From: Convolutriloba macropyga
Lineage: Eukaryota
Direction: 5' to 3'
Assembly: GCF_964194025.1 (NCBI RefSeq)
Contig: NC_134473.1
Location: 72,726,001 to 72,790,000 of the forward strand
Length of the DNA: 64,000 nucleotides
In this document: piece after piece, positions 12,557 to 26,739 of the stretch
Layout: every line of letters starts with the position of its first letter
Numbering within the stretch: position 1 is the stretch's first letter
Position numbers and translations under genes: made by a program
The notes under the pieces: model-generated
The model's input: only the letters and a program-made list of their open reading frames with translations
Databases searched by the model: none
What the model was told of the DNA's origin: nothing

Positions 12557-15500
12557 TTTTAAATATTACAACTAAATCGGAAATTTCCTTTTCCCCAGAG
12601 AATTAAGACGATAAAAACTATGATGATTCGCACCTTATAATGACGCACTATAAATTTATGTACTATAGTTATAGTCCCTAGTCAAGACCAGATGGCTATC
12701 TTGCAAGATCTTGCAAATTAATCATTCGCTCTCGAACAGAGGTACCAAATTAGTACAAACGAAACATTTAAAATTGAAAAAAAAAAAACGCTTAAATTGT
12801 TCGCACATGCCTCAGAAAAAAAACTCTTATTTTTTGTAAGAATTGCACGATGCATATAGCGGTAAATTTTCGTAACATTTACAGTGATTTCAGCGGTAAA
12901 TTTGTACGAAATGCGGATTTTTTTTATTGCACAAGCAATGAAACTAAAAAATCGCCGCGCTCGCCTGAATTCTTCGCGTAATTAAACGCATCCACTGCAA
13001 ACTTTACATTGCTTGGCAATTTTTACAGCCGACACGGGGTAAATATATCACTATAGGTAAATATATCACTGGGGAAAAGGAAACAAATCCTACTGTATCT
13101 ATAACTATATCAATTAAATATTATGCCGCACCCTTTCTATGTTCAATATATAAAAGTAAAATCACTGTATCGATAACAGGGAATTTTCTGTTGCTGATTT
13201 CTCAAACCCTAGTTTAAGTTAGATCATAGCTAACGCGACCAAGGTTTTATCAAACTAATCAGTCAGCGTTTCAACATGCGTTGGCTTAATTTAACGACAA
13301 ATCGAAAGTTGTTTGATTAGTTTGATAGCTAATCGAAAGTACCATTCAATTTAGCCACACAACATGTGATATTGAGGTAAAGGAAATTCTAGATCACGCA
13401 GCGTTGGTCCAATTTTGGTAAACACTGACTCTATAGATCACTATTTGCGATGTAAACACATCAAAACAGCTTTCGAAACTCACAAATTTGAGGTTCAAAA
13501 TGCACGACCATTCTCATATGCGTTAAATTTGGTTACTGTAGATGGTAAGAAAGTGGTTAAGATAAGTCATAAATTACATTTCACATGACTGAGGGTTAAA
13601 TTCAATTTTGTAACAGACGTCTAGCTAATATTAGCGGCTAATAAAACTCAACATCTGACCATCGGAGCAAGTAAAACGAATCAATGGGCCCATGGTTGGA
13701 AAAATTGGCAAAATTTAGCTGCATTAAAATGAACAGATCAATGATTAGATTAAAAAAACTCCAAAAAGTAAATAATTCGTGATAGTTGTTGAAATTGTCA
13801 TATCACAGCAACTCAACTCAGTTAAATTAGAGAAAAACCTTCGATGATAACTGTTTATCACTAACTCATGCACGAATGAATCTCACACGCCATTCTTTTC
13901 GAGTGAGTGAAATCAAATTGGAACAAATTGCTTTTGATTATATGAATCGTCCATTCGACTAACTTTACTTGGAAACGAAAAACTGCCCTCCCGTGGTAGA
14001 TTCAAGTCACCAAACACTATCAGCCCATGGTACAAACGAAAACTTTTTCCTAGAACCATATGGTTTGTGGTAATTTAACTTTGATCCCGCGGCTGTAATT
14101 TAGGCCTAACCTGACTTCGGACCTCTTCCATTATTGTCATCCCAGCCGGCGTATATCAGACAATTTGAAACCCAAAAATATTAACATTTGCCTCTTTATA
14201 ACAACTTTGCATTTTGTTCGGCAAATTAAGGTTTACTTTACTAAAGTAAGAATTTTTTTGACACGAGGCTGTAATTTTTTTAATAAACCATTTATAAAGC
14301 CTATAGCCAATAACAACGAAAAACTTGATAATTTGGCGTTGCGGGTTGATAATGTAATTATTAATGGAATTTTGTAAATGTGCGTTATCGTATATGTTGA
14401 CGTAAGTAGTATTGAGACCGCAGTGTCACATCAAGAGCAGCAACAAGGACCCTGATCGCCATCCTAAAAGAATTTTTTTTACCATATCTTGATTTTTCCA
14501 TGAGTTAAGTTTCGTTTCCGTCTATTGGGGCTGTCGAATTGCATTCAACAATCGGTAGCAGTTTGTGCATCCAATAGGCCAATTTTAGATCTTAGTTCAT
14601 AGATTTATACCCCAAGTGTAATTGTCTCGTATGCTGAAATGAAGATTTATTGACGGTATTTGAAGTCTTAGGGTGTCAATTAAAGCAGTATTTAAACGCA
14701 ATTTTTATTTATAAGCTGAGTTAGAGATGTCAGACCAATTTCCCCGGAACAATTTCTGGTCGTCTCTCAATAAGACCCAGTTTCTAGGGCCTTTAGTATC
14801 CCCACCTCATGAAATGTTGACAAGCAAAGAAATTGTAGTGAACCGCAAGAACTCAATGGATATAAACATTTTATAAATAGAGCCAGAGAAGGCGCACGTG
14901 AGATTAGCTTTAGCCAAAATCAGAGAGTTTGACCTGGAATCATACTGGCTGCTAAACTATATCATAAGCGAAAGCCAATTCTTTCGTCCAAGCTCAACAA
15001 ACGGAAAAATTTTGCTGCCCACAAGCGATAAGTAAAGATAACAGAAGGACCGTTTTAGTAACTCATTTTTTAAAGTAATTAGGAAAATTTTCACAACTTC
15101 AAATATGCTTTACCCAACTTATATGAAAGTTATTTTTGCAACAACAAGTAATTTGGGAACTCTTACACTCTAATCGAAAGAGTAATGCTGAGCGACACGA
15201 TACTTAATCAATCAACAGGCTGAAATTTTTAGGAAAAAAGTTTCCAGAAGGAACTATATACTCACTTGATATAGGATATCAAGCTATCGCAGTTTTACAC
15301 CTCAGTAATTAAGCATCAGTGTTCTCGAGTAGGTTTAAATATGATACCTAGTTCTTTGGTAAGAAGTCAAGAACGAATGTTTAGCCAAAAATTCTTTAAA
15401 AACTAATTGAAACAATAAAATAAGCTGTTTTCTAGAATTAGTTCACCATCACTATTATTGAGAAAACCGCCCAGATTTAACATGATGATGCAAAAATTGC

Positions 15501-16467
15501 ATGAGATTTGAAGATTCGGACTCATTTTTATAAAAGCAACTTTAAATCAAGAGATGTTTTTAAAGAGCTGTTCTACTCTTAAGTATGTTTAAGTTGAAGC
15601 GTAAACCCGTACCGAACTCCAAGTGTAAATCAGTACTGGGGAATTGTAAAGGCAAGTCTCCCATGTAACATATTTTGCTCGCTTTCTTGCTTGGAATTTG
15701 CTTCTTTTGAGCGCAAAAGACGGCGCAAAAGACAAAATTATTACAACTATGGTGGCACAGAAAGGAGAAAAACCTCTAGGTAGCAGTTGATTGTGGGTTC
15801 ACTCCGCGTACGGAGCTTTATTTTGCACTTGACCTAAGTCTGATCTTTGTAAAATCAGACTGAACGCAAGTCTGACAAGTAAAAAAGTGACATTAATCAG
15901 TCTATGATTCAGTACTGATGAGTAATTGTATTTATACTGGCCGAGTACTGAAACGCATTTGGAGTTAGGTGCGGAACAGCTGTTTCGAAGAGCAGGAAAT
16001 AAACTTTTGCATCCAAAAATATGAGGCAGGAAAAAATTTCTCTAATTAAAAAAAATAGTAAGTCATGATTGATCTTCGCCTTTATCTGTTGTAAATCATT
16101 TTGACTATGTACCTCGTAGCTTAATTCACAAAACTTTTCGCTCATCGAAGTCAGTGACTTATTGAAACGTATGTTAACCAGGTTTGCGAAATAGTGAAAC
16201 ATTCAGTTTGTCAATTTTCTAAATAACATAAATTTCTTCAATTCAGCTTCGCAAACCCAGTTCAATTACCTAATACAATCTGAACTCTTAATTAAGTTAC
16301 TGGGTGGAGAGAGTCCTCTTTGCTAGGAAAAACTTTGCATAATTACTAAGTGAAACCGTTCGCTTCTCAAAATACTTTTCTGAAATTGAGCAGCACAATA
16401 TAGTGCAGTCACAGGTTTTGAGATTCAAAAAAGCTGCACGGAAAAAAATTTCCAATACTCTCTTAGT

Positions 16468-16469
<2 letters not shown>

Positions 16470-16539
<70 letters not shown>
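16470..16539. repeat. (GA)n microsatellite
   Basis: Directly visible. Confidence 0.95.
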
Positions 16540-16543
<4 letters not shown>

Positions 16544-16559
16544 GTCTCAGAATCAATTT

Positions 16560-18760
16560 AGCATTGCCTAAGAAATCATTGTAAGAAGAAAACGGCGAAG
16601 GTTATGCTACATAGTCTGAGAGAGGAACTAAGGAACCAACCAATGATAAAAGAACTGGCAAAAACGCCTGATAGAAAAATTTACCAGGCAAGGAACCGTG
16701 ACCAAAAATGATATTGGGGCGAATCTACATTTTATCTGAGTATATAGATGATGAGGGCAGATGTTAAAACTCTCTACTCGAGAACGATGCCATGATTGCG
16801 GTAGACTTTCCGACACAAAATGAAAACGGCACGATTTAACCAGCCCAACATAGCAAAGGTGTTCCATATCAAAATACAACATGATATGTTCCCCTACATT
16901 AAATTTTTTTATGAAAAAAAACCACAAATAAACATACAAAAAACAACTAGCAATCGAGAAAAAACATCTAGATCTCAGAACCCGTTCTGCGAATCTGGAT
17001 TGTATAAAACGGTATATAGAAAACCAACAGAACCTTAAGGTTAACAGAGCCCTGAAAGGCCGCGAAATAGCAAAGTAGACAAAACTGAGGACGCGAGAAG
17101 TTGAAACAATACTGTAAACTTTGTCAATGCATTTAACGAGCTACTTGATTCTAATGTTAAAATTTCAAACAAGAAACTTATGGTTAAAGTTTCCGACGAC
17201 GTTTCCCAAAAGATTGAAACAGTTAATCCGCCTTTCACAGTCGAGAACAAGGAATTCGGCGGACTCAGATTTCAGTTTGACAAATAGGACTCTGGTAGGG
17301 TTAATAATGAGAAGACATAGTAGTTCACTGCAAGAAAAAAGGGGTTTATTACAACACAATTTTTGAGAGCAAAAACAAATGAGAAAATTCAAAGACAAAG
17401 AATTAGCGCTCCAATTTAAATTAATGGACGGTTTTTTCGAAAAACTGTAGCCGTATTTTGGACCCAATGAGGAGTTCGTCATCTCATTCAAGGAGATATT
17501 TCCACCGAATTTGTCTGGAAGTTACGATACAAGTACCATCTTCTGCTAACAAAGATTACTTTGTACCAGACTTGACTTGACAAATTAATTAATCTGGCAA
17601 TGTTGAGGTGGGCAAATCGATATATGCGGTGCACTTAGATGCAAAGGACTGGCTAGGCAGTCCAAAAAGCAAGAGAGTGTGAATCTCGAAAAGCAAACCA
17701 GATGTTCTCGGCCATTCATTCGAACTTTCTGAATACTAAAAACGCGTTAAAATGCGCTTCAAAAAATAATACGGAGAAAAAATCCCAAAATAACGATTGG
17801 TTGCATGAAGCTCTTGTATGCGGAGCTGTGCTCGCCAAAGCTTCGATTGCTACGTAAATATTCTTAAATATAAAAGCCGGGCAAACCCAATTGCATTGCA
17901 CAAAATGTGTGACATAGAATCACTCAGCATGTACGATTAAAATTCAACGGAAACCTTTAGCGTACGTCAAAAAGTAAAATCTTCAGCGGTATTCCAGTGA
18001 GGAAATTCGCGGGTACAGAGAGATGGAAAACAAAAATCTTGTTGACATGTTAGCACTGTTACATCTGCAAGACGCATCATTTCTCAAAAGCAAGAATCAA
18101 GCAACACATTCAACGAAGAACAACTAATTCGATAGCTCGTTGAACACCTCGGTGTCAGGACAAAATACCCAATGTGACAAAATACCCAAAATATACCCAA
18201 TATTTTATTCTAACGTTGAAACTATCAGAACGATTATATAGCATAATATTTAATTAAAGCATTTGGCCATGCCTCGCGGGCCATGGCCATGCCTCAGCGG
18301 CCCGTGGGACTTGATATGAAACTATCACAATCGAACATGGGATTACACTATCAGCTTAATTGCGAAAAAACATGCTTGTAATTTTGAGTGCTAATTTGTA
18401 ATCGGATTAATGAACAAAAAATTCAAAGGGAATAAATTGGGTATAATGGCATTGCGTATTTTGGCACATTAGGTATTTTGGCATTGGGTATTTTGTCATG
18501 TAACCGAACACCTCAAACCCCCTAGCATATAACAAAATGAAAATGAGTTCATTGAAAAAAACTTTCAAAGTTACCGACGTAGTGTCAAACGCAGCTGCAA
18601 AAAAACGGGAGCAACCTTAACCTCTCTTGCAAACTGCCAAAGTATTGCCAACGGCCGCGCTATTGAGGCACTTGAATGATCCACATCAGAGAACAATACC
18701 GCGCAGCTAACAATCAATGGTACATCAATCAGGGTGACGAAGTGTCGCCGTAAAATCATG
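16560..18760 (+). mobile_element. Heavily decayed Ty3/Gypsy-like internal remnant
   Basis: Fragmentary gag-like and integrase Zn-binding-like segments (~17400-17700) resembling the better preserved element at 51-55 kb; no intact ORF. Confidence 0.4.
18151..18505. mobile_element. Mutator-like non-autonomous element (MITE)
   Basis: TIRs GGTGTCAGGACAAAATACCCAATG / CATTGGGTATTTTGTCATGTAACC with subterminal CAAAATACCC repeats; 9-bp TSD GAACACCTC (18142-18150, 18506-18514). Confidence 0.8.
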
Positions 18761-19829
18761 AAATTTGAAAACTAAAAACTGTAGCAAAACCAGTATTTAA
18801 ACTCTACAGTTTAAACGTTCTGACATATAAGATTCAATCTTTTTTGAATTTTTTGAAAATTTATAAAAATGTTTTTATTTTTTAAATAAAGGCGCTATGA
18901 TATTTAGTAAACATCTTTCTAACTTACATAGAACCTGAATTTCTAAAAAGAATTTAAGAATTTATAACACGTATTTTGTACTTCCCAAAAAACCGTAATT
19001 GTACTTCCCGTAAATTGTGTCTTTGTTCAAAAACAAAGCCTTTACTAAAACTTACCAGCTCGCAAATTTTAACTGTTGACGGTTTGGGCAATGCAAAATT
19101 TGTGACCGGCTGATAAGTTATTTCGCGAGAAAGTTACTTATCTTACACAATTAAAATTATTTTATCATTTGGGTGAAAGTTTAGGTGCTTGTGTAAAAGT
19201 CGGGAAGTTTATTTACTAGGCCACTATCGCAGCAAGAGTCAATCTAGAACAAAATTATTTTTCTCTTTTAAAGTAGAAATCTTGCTCGTTACTTGTGTAC
19301 ATGCAGTGAACAGATGCTTAAAAATTGCATATTATAGTATGCAAAGCTGACGTTTGCTAAAAATCCAGAAACCATATTTTTCTTTGTCTTTAGGCAGTAT
19401 TAAAAATTTTTTAGCACAATTTGTTGGGGAGAAACATTAGCTCTAACTTGATCGAACAAAAACTACAAAAATTAGAAATATAGGCGGATATACTCGAAAC
19501 CCGAAATTGAAGTTTGTCAGGCATTTTTTTTTCGAATTATGAGACATTTTAGCCCACACGCGCCCTGGAAAACAACTAACTGTCAACTTAAAAGCTATTA
19601 TTTTCTCTAAAACCTTATAGTTCTATCCGTTGACATTTTTCTGTAAAGTTTCAAATTGAAGAGTTTAATCACAAAAATTGGAAAAATTTTTAAACTGTTG
19701 CCAACTAAATATCCAACAGTGTTTTGGACAGCATAGAAAAAAATGTGGAGAAAAAAATGCTTTTTAGGTTGGAGAAAGCCACAAAAAATTATATTATGCA
19801 TTTTCCACGGATACACCAATAAGGAGTAT

Positions 19830-22327
19830 CCGTATTTGTTCCGACCCCTCTTGAGAGGGGAGGAACTATATACTCAAATGGTTTTTTTTTGTTCAGTCAA
19901 TTTTCGCCGATCGATATATTCATCGTACAGAGTTGAGACTGGTATCATTAGAAAGCTCGTCCAGCGTAGAATATGGAATTAAAAAGATTTTCTTATTTTT
20001 CGTTTTCTACAGGGAGTTATCGAGGTTTAAACTTCTGAAAAAAGTAGAGTGAATTTACGTTGTTTTATTCACATTTTCGAATTTTTTGCCTAATTTTTCG
20101 CCAATTTTGCTAAAAAATTGTTGAAATTTTTAAAAATAGTGTCTTTGATTTTATTTTTAAGGACAAACAAGCCTTCTTGATTATTCTGATTTAATTTTTT
20201 TGGTCAAAAACTCTGGATAAATATTTCAAAATTCAGCCTTTTTCACCAAAAACAGCAAAACATAAGCTACTTTAGTCCGCTTTGATAAAATTTGCCGGCA
20301 CTACAACCCAAACAACAATAATACAACCTTTGTAGACTCCGAGGGGGAATATTCCTACTTCAACTTCCGTTGAGAGTGCTCTGTAAGTGAAACTTTGCCG
20401 TTTTTTGCTAGCTTTACTCGTTTATTATCAAAAATGCAGACTTTTTTTGAGTTTTCAACTAACAAATTATCTATATCTACAATATTCGGAACATCTATTC
20501 TTCCTAACGGACGATAAGCTATAGCAGGGCTAGTTTTGGGCCAATCTTGGACTGTTACAATCCAAAAAGAATTCGGATTGCAATCAGTCTGTCTTTTTTT
20601 GAAAAAAAAATTTTTAATAATAAAGAACAGAACAAATCAAATGAGAGCTCAGGAGTGATGGGTCCAATTGGCTGCCTAAACAGCTCCAAGCTAATGCATT
20701 TAATTGTTTACATGAAAGTTTATGATCATTTCGGTTTTTAAAAACAATTGATTTTTAAATAAATAATGGCTTAACGAACTTTTCCTCCATTTTTTTTCTT
20801 AATTTGGTCAACTTGCAGCTTAGTGTCAGCAAAGAAAGAATGCTTCTTCATTCTACTGATTTGAAATTTAGTCTCGATTGAGTTTTTAAGCCTGAATTTA
20901 TTGTTTTCTGGCTTTGAAACTACTAGATTTCACGTTTTTTTTTGTTTTTAGAAATTTGCCAGTTTTTCACGTTTTCTAGTCACATTATCACATTACTGAC
21001 TGTTCTCATATCACATTATTAGCGTAAAAATGAATCACAATTGAAAATTGAAAATATTAAAACCCTTAAAGATATATATTATCGTTTTAACGGCCTTGAC
21101 ACTTCTTTCTTCAATTAATTGAATTTTTTAAAAATTTTGTTTTATCTTTCATTTTTACTTTGTCATTTCAGTTGTATGAAATTTCCTGTATAATGATAGG
21201 TTTCACTGGCTTTTCATGGAAGAATAGACGAGCCGATAATCTGATATTAGTAGATAGCTGATGACTTTCATTACTTTGAAAACAATCGTTTTCCAAAACT
21301 AAAAATAAAAAACTTTTTAACTTCGCAAGTTTGTTCTTTTTATTTTTCTTTTTGGTACCTGATATCCTTAATTACAGGTCAAATATGACATTATGGGTGT
21401 CAAGGGAGGTTGTCAAAAGGGATTGATGTCCTAAAATCCATTTTTTTAAAGAATGCGTTATGACCTTACTGACTTCGACACCGATTTTTCACAAAAAAAG
21501 TAAATTAATTTGATTTTTGTCATGTTTGACGTTCTTTTTGTTGACGCAAAAATTATTCTGGATAAGTGCAGGTCTCAAGGATTTCCTTTGGATGAATAAA
21601 CGACCCTATTTAAATATTTCATTTTGTAATTTATGTTTTTCATGACTTTGGATATAATTTTTTTTCGAAAAAAATCAAAATTTTTACATACCTTTGCCCG
21701 TTTCTCTTTTTTTTGTTCAATGGTCCTAATGCTTTTCTATAGAATCATTGGTAATCGTAAACCTTTGGGATATTTTACTTGATTTCTATCGGTTTTAATT
21801 ACTTTAAAGTTAATTGTTTTAAAAAAATAAGCGAATTTTTTAATTTTACTGTTTTTGTTCTTTTTTGTCTAATTGTTACCAAACATTTTTGTGGAGTGGT
21901 CCATATCTTTTCTGGTGATTTATAAGTTATTTTGTTTAGTTTTAGGTTCATCTGACTGTATGTTGACTTTGTTATTAAATTTTGTTTTTTAAAACGGACA
22001 AAAAGTTTTTGATGTAAATATTGTTTGTTGTTAATGTTGTTTGATTTAACTGTTCGTCTTGACTCGCTTTCTTAATATTGGCATATCACAGCAATTTAAT
22101 GCTTCAATTTTTACTCCACTGAGTTATTTGATTTTGATGCTATCTTGTCGTTCATACACAATTTTTTTGAAAATTACTTGGGCTTTTTTCGGTTTTTTGA
22201 GATTCCCAAAAAAATAGTTTTTGAGTTTTCTATCTCTTCCTCATTTGGTGGACAATTATGCCAAAATCGTGGATAGGTGGGGTCGGAACCTTATGTGCCA
22301 TCGCACATTGCTGAGCCGCCTTGTTTT
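19830..22327 (+). mobile_element. Non-autonomous Helentron-associated (HINE/DINE-1-like) element, copy 1
   Basis: subTIR GTTCCGACCCC (19838-19848) / GGGGTCGGAAC (22279-22289); 5' partial IR; 3' hairpin ATGTGC..GCACAT, then CTTGTTTT; shares a core with 30345-33234. Confidence 0.75.
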
Positions 22328-23371
22328 ATTATAAGTTTAAAAGTTGACTTAACCAAATTGACGATATCAATAACTTAATAATGAAGAATTCGTTAGATAG
22401 AACGCTATCTTTGATACCTGGTAGAGGTTATTTTATTTTTCCAGAAAATTGAATTTAAAACATTTTCCATCATTAATTCCTTTTTTCTACGATTTTTTAT
22501 TTCCCAACGACGATAATCTATTTCTGTGAAGTGAGCATAACATGTTAGATGGTTAGGTAGAGAGGATCGAAAAAGATGTTTCGGTTATCCAGAACACCTT
22601 GAGAAATTGGATATCACTTTTTAGGATATATCACTTATTTCATTTCTCTTTCAACTTATTTATTTAGTCCAATAACTTCCCGTAACAAATTCTCATGGGA
22701 GTAAATCAGCGACTCTAGGGACTAACCTTCCAAAAAATTATCGTGTTTTGCGGCTATCTTATATAGCTATACAGTGAGCTCAATTTTTTTCTCTAAGAGT
22801 GGATTTTTGGAACACATTTTACGTGGGCGCAGAAAATTAGTTTCCCAAGCCAATGCTTTTTGAGAGTATCGTGAAAAAATTAATGAATTTTATATTATTG
22901 CTCCAAAAAACGTGTTTTCAAAATATCACTCCATTGAGAAAAATATAGTCCCACAATTAAGACCGACCTGGACGCAATTTTTCGGGAAACCGCAACATGG
23001 CGCGAAACGCTGAGGTCTGATAGTGGTTAATTAGCTTCTTATCGACTACTCTATGATATTACCACAAAAACAGATGCTATTCCCTGCAAACTATGCCCTC
23101 AACAAACAGCACATTAATGTAACTTCATTTCATCTTCAACTTGCAATAACAAAAATCGGAAACACTAACTGATCAAAGTTTTAATTGTCTCAACTGAATA
23201 CGCACAAAAAATGAACAGTTATGTTCGCAGTCATTTCCAAATAGTTATATAGTTCCACAGAGTACCGATTACATGATAGTTAGTCGTCGGCAGCAATTTT
23301 TTTTTCACATCTGTCAGATGACAATAATTGGCAATATGAGGAGTCATAACATTATCAGAGACGTTCAAAGA

Positions 23372-23545
<174 letters not shown>

Positions 23546-23819
23546 TTAGATGTAAAAGTTATAGAAACACGATTTACGTGCTTTTAAACACATATTAGAA
23601 AATGGTTGGTGATGTTAATTGAATTCCAGTTTTCATAAAAACCACTCTCATATGTTGCCCGTTGAAGAATATAATTCGATCGAAGAAATGAGATGAAAAA
23701 ACTCGTATACAAGCCCCATAATTTTTTACAAAAGTATGGGCACGAATTAGCATTTTTTTTCACAGATTTTGACAAACAGATGCAACTTACCAACTCAGTT
23801 AGTGGGACTATAATCAAAA

Positions 23820-26037
23820 ACATAGTCGGCAGATTGCCGGAATGAACTCCTTTGACCTGCACAAATGTAAAAATGAACTCCTTTGACCTTAAACAAATTC
23901 AAATTAAACTTAAGTTTTAAAGTGCAAAAGTCATTTTATTGAGTGAGGTAAGTCACGCATGATCAAAATATAATCACGCAAATAACCTAAAAACTTTTGC
24001 TAAAGCGAGTGAGAAATGACGTCACGCGCGCAAATGCCGTTAGTGAGAGGAAGAAGTAATTAAGAAAATTTGACTTTGTCAGCTTTGCTGTGTGAACAAA
24101 TGTAAAACGAAAAAAGAGCTTCAGACGACGAAACAAAAAACATAGCAGGACAAGTCCTGACGTACAATTCAAAGAATTTTCACTGACAAGACCAACAATT
24201 AAACCAAGAACAGACTGCATTGGGAGTGAATTGGGAAAACTATTTTTAAAAAAATTAGTTAAAAAATTAAAAAAAAACAAAATCGATGTCAAACTGCCGC
24301 ATGTGAACAAAAAACCATAAGCGAGAAATAGAAATTTGGTTCAAACAAAAAATTAGGCCTAGAACGGGCTATTAATGGATTGGGATAACATCTTAGAAAA
24401 ATATTTGATCCAAAAAACCGAAAAAACAGTAAAAATCAGAGTGAAATTGCCGCATGTAAACAAGAAAACCACTAGCGAGAAAGCGAATTTTTGTTCAAAC
24501 ACCGTTTTCTCACTCTACTTCAAATTTAGAGCAAAAAAATTTCACGCCGCAAAACCACTCGCTTTTTGGCTCCATTTCCTGTTTCGGCGTGACCAAAATC
24601 ACTACTCAAATTTGACTTCAAAAATCATGAAAATGTGTGAACAGATCTTAAGACAGCGCCCCAATACAATTCAAAATCTTTGAATGGTAAAACATAGCTG
24701 GCAGATTGCCAGAAAATAGCCGCAATAGATTCGTAGATCGGTCGTCTAAAAAAACAGTAAAAACGACAGACCAAAAAATCTGTATAGGTTATTGCTGCCT
24801 CTATTAGCTGATCTCAAATAACCTTCATTTAGAGTGACACACACCCATTTGACCTTATCTCTTTGAAATAAAGGAAATAAAAGTCAATTTCACAGTGAGG
24901 AAGTCATTTTTTAGAGTGAGGTAAGTCAAGTGTGACCAAAAATTTAATCACGCGCATCAACAAAAAAACTCGCTCCACTAAGAGCGAAAAATGACAGTCA
25001 CACATACATTTCAGTTGGAATTGCATGAGCGAATGAACAAAAAGTGGCTGTGACGTCATATGGTCGTAACAAAAATCATGACGACGAAATAAAAAAAAAC
25101 ATAGCAGGACAAGTCCTGACGTACAAATCAAAGAATTTTCATTGACTAAACAGTTAAACTAGACCTAGAATGGACTATGAGTGAATTGAGAAAACCATTT
25201 TTAAAAAAATCATATCAAAAAAATAAGAAAAAAACAGAAAATCAATGTCAAAATGCCGCATGCGAACAAAAAAACCACAAGCAAGAAATGAAAATTTAAT
25301 TCAAACAAAAAACTAGGCCTAGAATGAGCTGTGAATGGATTGGGAAAAACATTTAGAAAAAAATCTGACCCAAAAAATCGAAAAAACAGTAAAAATCAGA
25401 GTGAAATTGCCGCATGTGAACAAAAAACAACTACCGAGAAACCGAATTTTTGTTCAAACACCGTTTTCTCACTCTACTTTAAAATTAGAGCAAAAAAAAT
25501 TCACGCCGCAAAACAACTCGCTTTTTCGCTCCATTTCCTGTTTCGGCGTGACCAAAATCACTACTCCAATTTGACTTCAAAAATCATGAAAATGTGTGAA
25601 CAGATCTTAAAAAAAAGACAGCGCCCCAATAAATTCAAATTCTTTGAATTGTAAAAAAACCAAAAGAAGGCCAATAATAGCCCCAGCTATCGCTGTGCGG
25701 CTATTAAAAAAAAATCAATGTAAAAATGCCGCATGTTAACAAAAAAAACCATTAGCGAGAAAAAAATTTTTGTTCAAACACCGTATTCTCCCTCTACTTT
25801 AAAATTAGAGCGAAAAAATTTCACGCCGCAGAACCACTCGTTTTTTTGCTCCACTTCCTGTTTCGGCGTGACCAAAATCACTACTCCAATTTGACTTCAA
25901 AAATCATAAAAATGTGTGAACAGATCTTAAAAAAAAGAAAGACAGCGCCCCAATACAATTCAAATTCTTTGAATTGTAAAAAACAAAGAGCACCGCAATA
26001 TAGCTACGCTCAGCTTACAGCTTCGCAGCTATAAAAA
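23820..26037 (+). mobile_element. Tandem and partial copies of an interspersed repeat family with a 3' hairpin (Helitron/Helentron-like) in cathepsin intron 3
   Basis: Units begin CATAG.TGGCAGATTGCC (23821, 24693); share the core GCCGCATGTGAAC..TTTTGTTCAAACACCG; end in a hairpin such as TAATAGCCCCAGC-TATC-GCTGTGCGGCTATTA (~25675-25707). Confidence 0.65.
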
Positions 26038-26243
26038 ACAAATGTTCTGAGAATAATCTGCAGTTTTGAATAGTGGAATATTTATGAGTACAATACAGTA
26101 ACGAATCAAAACTACACACATCGGAAAACAAAAAAAGTTTTAAATCTATTATGCCCCCACTCCCGGGATCATTAATTGCACCCCGAAGTGAACCGAGTAA
26201 GATACAAAGCTTGCGTGCGTGAATAAGAACAACAAACACAAAC

Positions 26244-26608
26244 CAGAACAGCGTGATCAAGTGCCAGTGAGCTGCATCGTGGCTCATAGTACACTCCCGA
26301 CTTGTAAAGCTGGAAACTGGTGTGACTGGCATCGATAGACACCGAGATTGGACCCACTTTGGCTGTCGAATCCTGAAGTTGGTCCTCGTTACCTCTGGGC
26401 AACTTCACCTGTCGGGCTACAGTGGCTGCGATGGGAAGTCCGTGGTCCTTGCAAAAACCTCGTCGCGCGGTGTATGGGTAGTCGGACTCCAGAACAGATC
26501 CCTTCCTTTTAAGGTAGTTGAGTGACAACTCCACGTTTCCTCCATTGCAGCCGAAGTTGGTGTAGTCGCAGTCCACCATCTGTTGTTCGCTCAGGCTCAC
26601 CAACTTGT
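26244..26608 (-). CDS. Cathepsin L-like protease, coding exon 3
   Basis: KLVSLSEQQMVDC..GCNGG..YPY..GPISVSIDA..LDHAVL; AG/GT borders with matching phases (1 in, 0 out); catalytic His. Confidence 0.95.
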
Positions 26609-26739
26609 CTAAATTACAAATTATCCACATACAAATTATGCATTGTCATATAGAAGGTTACTATCGATTCATTGTTCATTTCACTGATCGATTCACTGTT
26701 CATTTCAATTCAATCTTGTCTTCTATCATTCAAAAACAT

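Noticed and set aside
16150-19140. Weak inverted similarity (GCGAAATA..TCAG..GTCA..ATTTT) around the second Gypsy remnant, as support for inverted ends
   Set aside because: Too short and degenerate to distinguish from chance by eye
24375-26034. Repeated ORFs ...FCSNTVFSLYFK...
   Set aside because: Chance frames in a non-coding repeat family; not conserved in frame between copies
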